Origin: Marsupella aquatica
Lineage: Eukaryota; Plantae; Marchantiophyta
Assembly: GCA_973895155.1 (NCBI GenBank)
Contig: OZ316894.1
Coordinates: 14,213,680-14,277,679, forward strand
Reading direction: 5' to 3'
DNA: 64,000 nt
Shown one piece after another: positions 1 to 13,200 of the stretch (position 1 is its first letter; every line of letters starts with the position of its first letter). The position numbers and the translations under genes are program-made. Under the pieces are notes generated by a model, which worked only from the letters and a program-made list of their open reading frames with translations, was not told where the DNA came from and ran no database searches.

Positions 1-1810
1 CTCTCCACCTCAAATCGCCATGGTGATCCTCATGCTTCAAGCTCCACATCTTCGAATTTCTTCTCCGAATCACTCATGTGAGAAAATCACAAAAAATGTT
101 GTTTTTCAAAACTTCTCAAAAAACTCAAAACTAATCACCATTGCATAGCCCACAAAGTTAGGAGTCCAACACTGAAAACCAAAATTGAAACCAAAATCCG
201 ACAAAAAAGTTATTCAAATTTTGGTCGGGGTGGGTAAAACCTTGGGAACTCTCCCGTTTTGACCACCTCAGGGAATAACCAAGTACAACCTATCATTGGA
301 ATTGCGATTCAATTGGTGCACTCCATTGCTAACTTCATTGGCTACGTCCTCGCCAAAAAAGATTTGAAAAAGTTATCATTTGGACCTTAGAATTTCTAAC
401 TAACTGCCAAAAAATAGCTCTCTATTTTTTTGGGATATTCCCTGCATAGTACAACAGGGCTTATAGGGGGCCGTTCCCCTGTCGGAGCGATTAAAATAGA
501 GGGTCATCGGGCCCGGGATGAGGGAGAACCAATGGAAATCCGGGAAAAAATATTAAAACCAGGCCTAAAGGGGTTTTAAGGGCCCTTAACAAAAAATTCC
601 TTTGTATAAGGGCCAGGCCAAATGCGGGAGGGAGTTGCACAGGGTGTATGGTCGGGCAAGTATGGGGTCGGGCGTGGGGGCATCAAGACAGCCGCGTACT
701 CGCGGCGTACGCTGCAAAGGGTGGGGTCGGGGGTCACAAGGCAGTCATCGGGGCAGGCAACAACTGGCAAAGGAAGGGAGGGCACCGGGCAAGCCACAAC
801 CCGTGGCTTGCGGGTCAAAGAGGCGGAAATACAAAGGCGGGTGGCGGAGCGCGCGCCGTGGTTGCCGTTGAGTGTAGCCGATTGGGAGGAGGGGGTATGC
901 AGGGGTGTGGGGGTATGCACGGGAGTACGTGCGTGTATACACACATTTTTGTGTGTATTCACACAAAACTCCTCTAAGGTAACCTAAATAAAAATTTTGC
1001 TGAAAAAACGCCGGTTACACACCTTAATTGCCACTGCTTTGCACGAGAAAAATGACTATCACTGACGGAAAAAGTTGCCAAATTGCACCGGCACAGTCTG
1101 CAAGCTCAACAGAGAAAAAACTTCTTGTCATGTCGCCTTCACTCCACGTCAAGGGCTAATCTTGGACTCAAAATGACCGCTTCTTCGTGATGTCTTCGTT
1201 GAGCCTTAGCACTTTGCGTTTCTTTCTTTGAGTCGGACGTGACAACAAGAAAACCCGGTTCAGATGGGAACAAGCTCCATATTTTATAAAACATTTGAAT
1301 GTCTCTTTCACTAGTTGTATTGCACTTGGTAAACACTCGGCAACAATTCAGCTACCGAAATGACCAGCTCGCCTCAACCTACAACTTGAGTAGTAACATG
1401 CAACACCTCGTGCACCGCAAAGCTCACACCGTTTCAAAAACCAACTCTGGTCTCTTCCCCCAAAATGCCGCCAAACACAAAAAATTCAGAGACAAACATT
1501 TTCTGCGAGTACTCCTCACTCAGAAATTTGATCGATGATTTCTAACAGTTAGAAAGCTCTCTCAACAATCTATCCGATGAGCCCACCACCAACCAGTTTC
1601 ATGTGACAAAAACTCCCGGGATCTTCAAACCATCAACTACACAAGAAATTCTTGTCACCACAGTGTCACCTCCCAGGCATGCTCTGATACCACTTGTTGG
1701 GTAAATTCCTTATGCCGAGACATCATGCACATGTAAATACCATACAAGTAATCGACACAACAAGTACGTGGTTCACCTCCCGATTGAGGCTACGTCCACA
1801 GGAGAGCAAT
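1..1810 (-). mobile_element. 5' part of a degenerate Ty1/Copia LTR retrotransposon: inner end of the 5' LTR, PBS, long leader and start of gag (element continues left out of the window)
   Basis: Reverse-complemented tRNA-iMet PBS TGGTATCAGAGC at 1681-1692, 2 nt from an LTR end (...CCAACA on the minus strand, 1695). Copia-LTR-like motif GTACGTGGTTCACC...GGCTACGTCCAC at ~1764-1799. Minus-strand frame from ATG at 77 reads MSDSEKKFEDVELEA*GSPWRFEVE, and RFEVE resembles a Copia gag N-terminus. The outer LTR boundary is obscured by a foldback repeat starting ~1812. Confidence 0.65.
1681..1692 (-). promoter_or_regulatory. Primer-binding site (tRNA-iMet) of the Copia relic
   Basis: GCTCTGATACCA on the + strand = TGGTATCAGAGC on the - strand, adjacent to the TGTTGG LTR terminus. 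Confidence 0.8.
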
Positions 1811-1811
1811 A

Positions 1812-2470
1812 CTCAACATCCTTGAGAGATTTCTAACGTACCCAAGAAGTTATCCAACAAATTTTCCCTCGAGGAGAATATCACAGTTTGTTTTTGCCAT
1901 TTCTCCTTAGTAGCGCAATCATTGCGCTCCATGACTTGGGCTTGCCTTTGGCCCACTAGGAGACACCACTCCCCTCAAATATGCTTCTAGACCTGACACC
2001 CTTGGACCAACTTTGGTCCCCTATTTTTGGCCCCTCATGAGGACTCTAACCAAGTTGATTAAATTGGAAGCTAACTTGCTAGGCCCACAACTTTCTAGTT
2101 AAACTTTTGTAGGTGTTCAAGTGCCTTAGCCCACTGTGATCGACCAATGAAGTGCTCCTGCTCAAATTTTTAAGGCTGGTTGCCATCAGGGTTCCCGGGA
2201 GGCTCCGCCCAACTCTCATCCAAACCCTCAGAATTCAAAGTTTGTTTGGAGGTCCGAACAGTCCACTCCAAACTCAGCCCATCTCATGGCTTGAACAACT
2301 TCTACTCTTGGTTTGGTTCCTTGTGCTCTAGCTTAGCGCCATGCCTTTGCTACAACAATGCTTCCTTGCTCTCAAGTCTCCTCATGCTTAGTCGATCCCC
2401 TTCCGGATGACCATCCCGGGCATGGATCACAGAGAAGCTTGGCGTCAGAGTCAGCAACGCCAAAGCTAAG
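1812..2470. repeat. Truncated copy of the foldback repeat family also found at 59.9-64 kb
   Basis: Colinear blocks shared with 61890-62600 and with the reverse complement of 62540-63390, e.g. GGAGACACCACTCCCCTCA, CTTTCTAGTTA, GTGCCTTAGCCC, CTTAGCGC..TGCCTTTGC, and the centre CCGGATGACCATCC. Confidence 0.75.
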
Positions 2471-5005
2471 TGGTAGGATAGTCAAGTTTTGCGATTGCTT
2501 TTGATCATTTACATTTGTGCCCTCACTTTGGGTTCCTTCTCTTGAAACTACATCTGGTTCATATTCTTATTTTTATTCAACTTGATGTTCCTGGTTTCAT
2601 TTGGTTGCCCTTTTCGATAATACTTTAAGTTAACTTTATCCCTTATCTTCTCAATGCATGTCCATTTGTCCATCACATTCTTTTTCTTCCAGTTCCACCT
2701 TCACTTCCCTTTACTTCTGATTCTATTGCTTTTAGTTTTTGGTCCAATAGATTCACTATACAGCTCCTGATCTCATTTCTTTCTTTCTTTGTCATATAGA
2801 GTGCCCTCCATCACATGCTAAGGCTTCGTTTCAACCTCCTTTTGGGTTTTCCAGCGTGATCCCCTTGCCTTTGTCTCTCTCCACCATGCTCTTCATCAAT
2901 ACGTATAGTCAGTTCCGATCGTTATTTTTCATTATCTTGTTTTTGTGGAAATAAGAATGTTTCTTCCTCTTTAAACTTCTAAGTATTCTCCTTTCCTTTT
3001 GCCCGGTGTTTTCTTTGTTGAATGCTGTCTCTTTCCAACTTATTTTAATTCACATTATCTCCTCAGGGTTTTTAACGTTTCCATAGAAAACCTTCCATTT
3101 CTTCACCACTTCTATCCCCCTGGAGACTAGAATCAATCGTCACAAAAAGCTTCCTTCCTCTTTTGAGTCCTCCACACAGAACTCAGCCACTCTGATCTGC
3201 TGTATCCTTTTTTCATTCAAGTGGGGACGTGCAATAGAGCTCTCCATTTTCATACGTTGTCATCTAAACTAGTAAATACCCTCTCCATGTCTTTTTGTTT
3301 TCTTCAAAAGGTCATTAGTTGTATCATTTTTTGGCAGAGTTCGCTGACATCCTTTTATCTGCTGCCAACACTATTTAATCTTATTACCTCAGTTTACTAA
3401 TCTCTGGCCAATTTAAGATGCATCGTTTTCAAAATTGAACTCATCCTCCCTTTCAGCCCGTTTCTCTCCATTCCGGTTTAATGCTTTCATCTTCTTGTTT
3501 CCTGCCTTTCATCAAGATCTCCATTACAAGACAAGTTTTCTTCTTTCCACTACCATGAATGTCTTACAGTGTCAAACTTCCCGGCCGTTTCTGATCCATT
3601 CCCACCTTCATCACACGAGTATGCCCATGTAACACAGTGTTTCTTCCTCAAATTTTGCCGTTTCATCACCTTTAGCCTTGTGTTTCCAATTGCCAGTTCC
3701 TTTTGAATTCCTTTGATCACCACTTGCATTACTTATGCCTCTTTAAGCTTCTTCTTTCCTCCCACACCACAAAAAAGAAATTTCCCAGTCCCTTCTTCAT
3801 AATGTTCACATGATATAGCCTCCATACATACACTGCAAAGCAAACTCACTCACTCACACACATCAACAACAACAAAATCCTCCACTTGTCGTGCGCATAA
3901 ATTTCCAGAGTTCCCCTCATCACGCATACAATGCCTTAGCAAATTTTTATCTCAACCTCTGTGTCTTTATTTCAATTCCGCATTTACAACAGGGCTTGAG
4001 AGATCCATAGGTCATGATACACACCACCAATTTGCTTGCACACTCACACCTCACTCTCTCTGAACTGTACTCCACAGCTAGCCATAGTCTATGTCTCCTA
4101 AGCTCTTCCTCTGCGCACCCACACACTGAGCTTGCTATTTCCAAAGTAAAACTTCCATCCTCCCCAAGCAATGTCCGCTTGCATCTCACCGTACCAAACA
4201 CCACAACAAGTGTGCATTTCATCCAAAACTGCACTGCACAAGTTTTGAACACCTTCAAGCCAGGTGTTGTATCCAAATTAATTCCTCTTTTTCTCCCTCG
4301 TCCCTTCTTAACTTATATAACTCCATCTCTTGTCTTATTAGCTCTTAACTCCAATTCCAAGTCACACAATGGTAACATATTATGAACTCCGGGACCATGA
4401 AAGTCGAGGGAGTTGCAACAAAGTACAATGCAAAGAAATGAGCAATCAGCAAAATAATAACCCCAAAAAATTCTCCAAGCAAGCCAACTTGAGACTAAGG
4501 ATTCATTTTGTTCCCTCCATCACAACTTCCCGACAACGGCTGCAATACTACACCAGGGATGTGAACCCTGTGGAGAAATATGAGAACAAGAATACATGTA
4601 TAGTACTATTTTAGTACAACTTAAAGATGGTTGGCGATGTAATATTGGTAGAGAGATGCATGGCTGTGTGGTATGCTCACTTGAGGTGAGACTCATAAAT
4701 TTAGATTTCAAATGTTATGACTGACTGTTTGCTTTCTATGGGTTTCATAGATTTCCCCTTTAAATTTGAATTATAATTTCTATTTTAGGTTCATCCACCA
4801 ATATTCAGATATCACTTATATTTTCTTAAATGTATTATAAGCTCTGGGACCATCAAAGTCAAGAGAGCTGTAACAAAAGTGAAAATACAATGCAAAGCAA
4901 TCAATGAAAAATGAAAAATTGCTCAAAGGAGGGTCAATATGTAATCTATCAAATAATGGACCTAAAGAGTCCTCAAAAATGTTCAGTACCTTCTCTCCAT
5001 GCTCT

Positions 5006-5220
5006 GTAGGGTTTCAGACCACAGTTTCAGACCACGTGGTGTGCCAAAGAAATTCTTCAGTGCCTCTCCCTCCTTTCACAATCGTCACAATCTTCACAAT
5101 GCAGAACCAGCAATGCATACAAGTAGGTTTTCAGACCACAGTTTCAGACCACGGTGTTGTGCAATAGAAATTTCTTTGGTGGCTCTCTCTCCTTTCACAA
5201 TATTCACAATGCAGAACCAG
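5006..5220. repeat. Two-copy tandem duplication (~117-bp period)
   Basis: GTAGG(G/T)TTTCAGACCACAGTTTCAGACCAC...CACAATGCAGAACCAG occurs at ~5006-5110 and ~5123-5220. Confidence 0.85.
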
Positions 5221-7215
5221 GATCGAGCAAACATTTGGCAAACGGGCCATGAGGCAATGATTCCCTTTGCAGCAGAACTCGAACTCGAAGATCACCTTAG
5301 AACTGATGACCAAAGTAACTTAAAGAATATCACCTATCTCGAACCCTAAACTCGACGCTCTCGTACTTGGTTTTGCTTATCTACCTTCCACACTACTCAA
5401 TTTCCTTTCCCTTTGCGCTGTCATTCATCGACACCGCACATTACTTTTGTTCCTAGTGTTCCATGTCATTCTCATGTTGCTTTCACAGTCTCTGATACTT
5501 TCTCGTTTTACTAAGTCTAAGCGGGTTCATCCACATACCAGCATCAGGTCTTGCTCTGTGTGTTTCAAACGAAACTCTCCACACAGCAATGCACCGCAGT
5601 GAGTTGGGGCGACTGAGCTGTAGCAATTGAAGTTTCAAAACTACGACAGATAATAATCTGGAAGGAAACTAGATCCGTTGTGCGACTACAGTAATTTCCA
5701 GTAACCTCGGAGGAAACGTCTTTGGTTGCAACCTACTTCAAAGATGTTACTTTTCATAAATGGTCACCACTTTGGGTGTCACAAGGTACTTGCTCCATCG
5801 ACTCCTCAGATCAAACATGTAGACCTGAGCATCAACTTCTTATAACTCACATGATTATAAAATGTGATTTGTGATCCTCTGCGTTCTCTCGAAGCGGAGG
5901 CCAAAGATGGCCAAAGATGGAGAACGCATGGCGGGGCGACGAGAATAACAAGCCCGGAGAATAAACAAGGAGATTGTTATGGTCACGCCCTTGGAGGTCG
6001 ACCCGAGCCGCTCTTTCTAGAGCGTGAGTTTTTTGGGGTTTCCAAATAATGCTTCTAATAGAAAAAGAGATGAAACATTGAAGAGAGGAAAACTCATGAC
6101 CGTCCCTTCAAAACCTACTGTAGACCTTCAAACTGTGAGCTAGTTCCTAGGGGATCCTTTCTGACCTACCACCCTGAACAATGGATGGCCCATGAAGTCA
6201 AGCTGAGATTAGCGAATGTAAATGTCAAGAAAACGCCTCTATCAACCTCTTGGCCCACTACCGGGAAACTCTTTTCCATGGAAATATGGACATCTTTCTG
6301 CGGTTGTGCGCATGTGCTGACCTGGACGTGAATCTATGATAAATTTCTTGTACTCTCGAAGGACACAGCTTGTACATTCTTGTCAACAAATCTGTACTCC
6401 TGTGACTCAGTGACCTCATTTTCTGAGGGTGTGAAGGTTGCTTTTCCTAAACAAAGGAGCAATTCTCTTCCCCGCGCCCACACGATAGTACTTCCTAACG
6501 TACTAAAGTTGTCCACCATATTGTCGAATCTTTCCAGAATTCTATATACAATATGACTCCTCATACCGAGAAGACTCCAGCAGACTCACAACGATACCTA
6601 CAGCTCTGCTTCAAGAGGAAATGCTTGGTCGTCTGCCACGAAGCTGGTTTCGTAAGTCTAAAACACACAAAGCCAAGCCATCGGCCAACCATATCATAAT
6701 GCAAACTTCACTGGATGCTCCTCACTAGCTCATGCACCTCCCGTTAATGCAAGACTATATAAATACCAACGTAATGCTGGCCAAGAGACTCGTTACATTG
6801 TCGGGATCTGGAGACTGGGATGTCAACAGCTGCAAGTAATTCATCTCACCTTGATTTCCAGCCTACACAACTAAACAATGAAGTACGTGCCAAAGTCCTC
6901 CAAAACTCAGAATTTGCCTATCACAACAACCTGTACGTCTGGGCATTGAATGCGTAATAGCACAGTGGAAGCAGAAGCGTTTTCGTTGACCGACTTTGCA
7001 ACCTTCCGCATAAGTGTCCAAGCTATCGACCTTTAGCTTAAGGAGCGCCAACTTCTGGAGCACCAGTTCAAGAGCAATATACCCCCGCAAGTGGTGACGA
7101 AAACCATTGAAACACCTACACCAAAGCATCGTTGTGCTTCCAGTCGTTAAGAAGCTCTCATCCTAATGTCTAGATTATACTAGATCCCTTCAACGAGATG
7201 AAGCAACAATTTTGT

Positions 7216-10200
7216 TCATCCATTTCCCCATCTCCTTTTCCTTGCTGGCCGCTCTTGCTTCACCTCCTCCACTGACCCTGTTTGAGGGAGGGAAGCTTCA
7301 TTTTTCTGCCTTTTAGCTGTCTCTTCCTCTGCTTGCAAACGCAACCGTTCAATACGTTCCTTTCTCTTCTCAGTGGCATCTTTGGGAATGACAGTGGGAA
7401 ACTCCACCACAGCATCACCACTACCACTTGCATGAGCGGCAGAAAGCTCTCTTAGCTCTGACTCGAAAATTCGTTTGCCCGTGTGCTTAGTTATCCTCTC
7501 TTTCTCTTTCCCTCCTTCCTTCCACTGTTGCTCTACTTGAGACAGCTGCTTCCTTTCAGTATGCTGGCTGGTAGATGGACCTTCGTCAAGTCCAGACTCC
7601 GAGTTTTGCCATTTCTGCAAACTCTCTCCTCCCAAAGCAGCAACTGCATCTGGCTCTTTCCTGCTCGTCCATCTCTCTAGTTTTGACCGGCCACGACGAT
7701 CTGCCTCCTCTTCAGACGATCCATTTCCTATTCCCAAAACATTTTCATCTTTTGAAACTCGGTGTTGATGAGACAGTGTGTCTTTTCCTAGGAATCTCCT
7801 TGCAAATTGACCTGCTCTTTTTTGTACCGACTTTTTCTCCTTATGTCGTGTGCTTGTCGCTGCCGAGTCATCTGAGTCCCTTGTTGCTGCCTGATCAAGA
7901 AACCAATTTAGCTCCCCCACAGGTTTAGCTTTTAAGTAGCCTGTTGTCCCATTCCAGTTTTAATTGACAACACTTGATATCTGATATAGTTGTCTAAGGG
8001 CTCTAGAGTAGCAATATTAGCAGTGTACTTGTCAAGCACACTAGTCCACAAATCATTACACTATGACAACAACAAAGTAAATTACCCCTCCTATTTCATG
8101 TAACTCTCTATCTACCTGAACAACTCTGTATCACTTCACTGCCTACAGGACTAAACTCGGCAAATTGCTGCAAGTTTGTCATGATCTGGAAGCCCTATTC
8201 TTCCTCCCACAGAAAAGGGGAGGATTGATTAGGTGACCCCAACGACAGTATCCTGTATCAAGGAGCAACTTGTGCAAACCCTTCCAACCGAAGGACACAT
8301 CCAGAGGCAGTAACGTGATTAAAGCTTGTTTTCCTGGGCATCCACAAACCTCGAAGATGATAAAATATGACTTTTTCATTCTTGAACAAACCCCGATAGC
8401 GGGAATATGCACTGCCCTTGAGATTGGAAACAAGACCAAAATGACTGGGTTTATGGGTAGGGGAAAAGAGGTATGCATACATAAAAGTTTTATGAAAACG
8501 ATAGAAAACTAGGAAGTATTGTCAGACGAGTAACTCGAAGTCTTCCACTGAAAGCTAAATAATAGAAAGGTAACGGCAGTACAAATACACCACAGCACAA
8601 TAAATTTGTCTTTAAAAACAAAGACATCAATGTGACTAAATGTGCTACATAACCCCATGCCAAGCACAAACAACAGGAGGGAGGCTGGCGAGGCAAGTAG
8701 GAGGTCCATGGTACCTTGTCAAACTGGGCACTTGTCCGATACTCTTCAACCCTTTGTTTCTTACTATCATCCGTGTGAGAACGATAAATCTTGTCCTCAC
8801 CTAAACCTGGAAGTAAGCCATTACGATCAGTGATTGTCTCTTTGGCAGTCACACTCCCCTCCCACCCACGCTTTTCTTTATGTGGGCGCTGTTGTTCCGC
8901 GACCTTCCGTGATTCCACAGAGTGGTTTCGAACTGCATGTGTACTTTCGTTTCTACTGCCTTTCTCGTATTTCCGCTGATCATCCCAAGTATGAACATTA
9001 TCCTCCTTATCCTTCAGTCTGCCTCGTCCATCGCTCTCTCTACCTTCTTCTAAACGGACTTTCCCTCTGCCAACAGTGTCCCTGGGATCTTCCAGTCGAC
9101 CTTTCCCCCATATATCACTCTCCCCAAAATCGTCCAATCGACCTTTCACTCTTCCATCACTGTCCCTGAGATCATCCATCCGCCGCTTTACTCTCCCATC
9201 GCTCTGTCTGATACCTGCCAGTCGTCCTTTGCCTGTCCCATCACTCTCTCTAAAATTTTCAGACCGCCCTTTCAATCTTATCTCACTAAGACCTTCCAGC
9301 CGCGGTTTCAATTTCACATCAGTCTCCCTAAGATCATCCGACCGGGATTTCACTCTCCCATCGCCTTCTCTGACATCTTCTGGCCACCCTTTCTGTCTCC
9401 CATCAGTTTCCCTCGTATTGCTAGGGCGGAATTTCCCTCGTGCATCACTCTCTTGGACATCTTCCATACGACTCTTCACTCTTCCATCCATGTCCCTGAA
9501 TTCTTCACCCCGCCCTTTTGTTCTTCCTTCATTCTCTCTGGATTCTTCAAACCGACCTCTTGCTCGGCCATCGCTCTCTCTCACATCGTCAAGCCACCCT
9601 TTACCTCTTCCATCACTCTCTCTTACATCTTCGAACCTCTCCTTTCCTCTGACGTCTTCAAACCGCCCTTTCACTCTTCCCTCATTGTCTCTGCGCTCTT
9701 CTAGCTGCCCTTTTCCTCGGCTATCACTTTCTCTAAGATCTTCTAATCGTCCCTTCGCTCTCCCATCAACCTCTCTGTGATCTTCGAGTCTCCTCTTCAA
9801 TTTTCCTCGATCCTCCTCACGTCTACGTTTCTCTTTACTGTGTTCGGGTTCTCTGTCAATTGAAATGGACTTCACATCGTCTCTGGCACGCGCTTCCTCA
9901 CGTTCCCTGGAACTCCACACGTGATCTTCTGTGTGCCTTCTACTTCTTTCACCTTGAGAGACTCTATCTTCATCCTTGACCCTAGCTTCATCCTTGCCTT
10001 TCTTTGGATGTCGCCTTTCTCTCTCCTGATCATCTCTGCGCCTGTCGCGCTCTAGATCTTCCCTACTTCGATGCTGATGAGTATCATCCTCCTTCACTTT
10101 CCTGCGTTGCATCTCCTCCCTCTCTCTCGTCTGTCTTCTACCCTTTAACTCTCCATCCTGCCGATCAATCCAGCTTAACTCCTTTCTCTGGTTATTAAGT

Positions 10201-13200
10201 GAATCTTCTCCAAGAGAATGTCCCTTGCGTTCACTTGCCTTGCTATGAAATGCATCCCGTCTTTTATGTTGCAAAATGTCATCCTCTTGTACGACTCGCT
10301 CCTTTGCAGGCTCCCAACTGTGAGCAGACTCCGCTTTCCTAAGAGTACTATTCAATCCTTTGGAATTGCTTGTTTCTTCCTTCCCTGACTTCCCTCGGGT
10401 ATCGACTTGTGACTGAACCTTTTGCTTCTTTGCAGTGCGATGGCTATGCCCACCATCCCAGTCATTATCCACCAGTTGAAATTCTCTTGGGGCTGATCTA
10501 TTGTGTTCTTCCGACCTGCCATCAGTTGAAGCGTCATCCATGCTTTTTTCCCGGGGAGGTAATTGATCAATCCCTCTTCCACGCCTTACAGGATGATTGC
10601 GTTCCCATCTTTCCGTTTCGTCAGTACGCCAATCGCTATTTCCACCATCATTGTCTTTGGATTCTCGGTGATTACGTCCTTCCCTATTGTTCCAATCATC
10701 ACCACTGCCATTACTAATCTCATCATCCCAATCTTCCCGCGGTGTTCTCCGAGGTGAAGTTACATGTGGTGGTGTCCTGCGACTGACAAGAAATAACAAT
10801 CTTTAGCATGAATCTCTTCCGCACGGCACATTGGCATAGATGTCACCGTACTATGCGTGACTAAAACACTTACTGGGTAGGCTCCTGATACTCGATCGGA
10901 ACCATCATGGGAGGGAAGACCTCAGGAGGTGGCGCTGAAACTTGTAATGGAAGTTCAGCCCTTGGCGCACTGTACAAAGGTGGCCTGACCACTCCAGCCC
11001 TGCATTAATGACACAGCCAGGACATTTAAAAGAACTCCGGAGTCAAAAGGTGTACGGAACAACGAAGCTACACTGAAGAAAGGAACAGCTAGATTTCGGC
11101 GACCTGAGACTCACCAGGAAGCATCTGTCATTGACACTTCAACAGTGTAAAACTCTACGAGTATTCAAAACTTAAAAAACACCGACTACAACGACGTCAA
11201 CATACGGTTTCAGGATATTACCGTGCAGCCGAAGGAGGCGGAAATGGCGCACCAGGAAACATTCCAAATTTTGGACCGAGGCCCGGTTGAAGGATGGGGA
11301 TCCCTGGCCCAATAGGAAACGAGCCAGGACCATCTACTTCCATCCGATGCCCAGGCATCAGAACACCTCCATGGGAACCCATCATATTTACCATTGGCCC
11401 TAGTCCCATAGGCAAGTTGTCCCTTTCCCACATATTTGGTGGACCTTCCATTTCCCACGGCCTGTAGAACCGTCGCTCTTTCTCAGGTACAGCAATTCCG
11501 CGGTCCTCATCTTCTTCTTGAGATTCCTCGTTACCCTCGTTCACAGAGACAGATACTGGTGGTTCATCCTCAGATACATCTTGCAATACAATCTGCTCAA
11601 CAACAACGGTGTGAGTACAACAGAAAGCATCAGGACAATGGTCAGGATGTCTAAATTCACCACTTCACGTTTCGTCCACTCGAGTCGGTTTCCAAGCATA
11701 GCAGTGACGGTTGGAAGGAAATAGAGAGAGGCATACTGCTCAGAATACATTACATATCCTAAATAACACCCTACCAGACTAAAAGGTAAACCGGGATTAC
11801 AGCATCAGAGTCTCGAGACCGTTGGCGTCGAACGTCAGCTGAAGGCCTTCTCTCCCCACCACCTCCTTCAACTTGTATAGCCCGGCCGGTTGGCTGCAAA
11901 AGGCAACCAAGAATTCACATCAACCATCAAAATCGTCTACTTTGATGAAACGGCATTGCGTTTCCGCATGCCGTAAGAGACGTGAAACACACACCACTAA
12001 GTAAGTCATCCAAATTGCACTAAATTTGTTTGTGGAAAGTAGGATAGGTAACGTAGCTCGCAGAAATAGAGAACAGAGAAGATGGGACCAATGTACAACA
12101 AACCCGTCCACACACTTCGCCACATTTGTCACGCAGTACTCGAATTGAAGGTGCATATCAAATCTTTATCTTTAGCAGGTAAATTGTGAGAAAAGCTTAC
12201 CACCGAAAAAATCTAGGTGCTTAAAATGAAAAGGTACTTAATTGAATTCCAGATGCAAGGTGGGATTGTGAAGAACAATACAGGCATCATACGACCTCTT
12301 CCAAGACCACGACCACGCCCAGGTCCAGCCCCAGGGCCAACGTCTTGCTGCCGATGTAGAAGTAAATTCGGATCACCAGATGCCTCTTGCATGCCAGTTG
12401 CAGCTGCCAACTCTGGAGGTAAGTCTGGATCATATTCCTGTTCAACCCAACCCAAGCTAACAATCAAACACACTAGGCAGCAAGTCCAGAATCTGGTACA
12501 ATCAAGGATAGACATGAACTACTACATATCTCCAGAAATGAAAACCATACCAGACCTGTTTCTTCTATAGTGAACTTGTTACGCCTGTAAGACTTAACGT
12601 GATACTGAACAGCGCACGAGACATGAAACTAGCAAGAAATTAACTAAAATCAAACGGCTCGAAGTTACACAAACAGGAAGCAACCACAGGTTATTGACGA
12701 GGATCTGACACATAACTCATCCATTAGAACAGATTCTTGACACGAGTAGTAAACAGGTGCAACGGGATCAATCCTTTTCCCTGCCTTCCATTGACAATGA
12801 CCAGGAGTTATCACCTGCTCAGATCGTCCACTCTCATAGACACGAATCTTACTTTGCATGGTGGCCTCCAGACGGAGCTGAGCCTGAAAATTTGTAAATA
12901 CAATCCATCACAACACAACCTTACTTTCGTACCGGGTATTAGACAGCAAAAATCAAACTTCAAATATCATAGCTCAATCTTGAGCGGGTAGTATTTCAAT
13001 TTTATCATGCACTACGACTACTTTCAAACCTCCCTATGGAATCAATGGCCAGAATTTTTTTTCAAGAATCCCACAACAAATAAGCTTTCAGTTCAAAATG
13101 TTCAACATACCAGCTGTCGGCAATACTGTTTCCAAGTATTCTCAGTGAAACTGAAGTTGAAATAGTCTGTGATATCCACACCTGGTCTTCTCCAAGGCTT

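Noticed and set aside
576-987. Cluster of overlapping GC-rich ORFs
   Set aside because: They lie in the leader between PBS and gag of the Copia relic; both strands are open because of GC content, and no domain is recognisable.
1850-1859. TTATCCAACA as the outer end of a 165-bp LTR (inverted match to TGTTGGGTAA)
   Set aside because: The segment from ~1812 is homologous to the foldback family (cf. 63330-63390), so the match may be coincidental; the LTR end is left undefined.
9076-9780. 234-aa Ser/Leu/Pro repeat ORF on the + strand
   Set aside because: Antisense shadow of the FIP1 14-aa repeat array.
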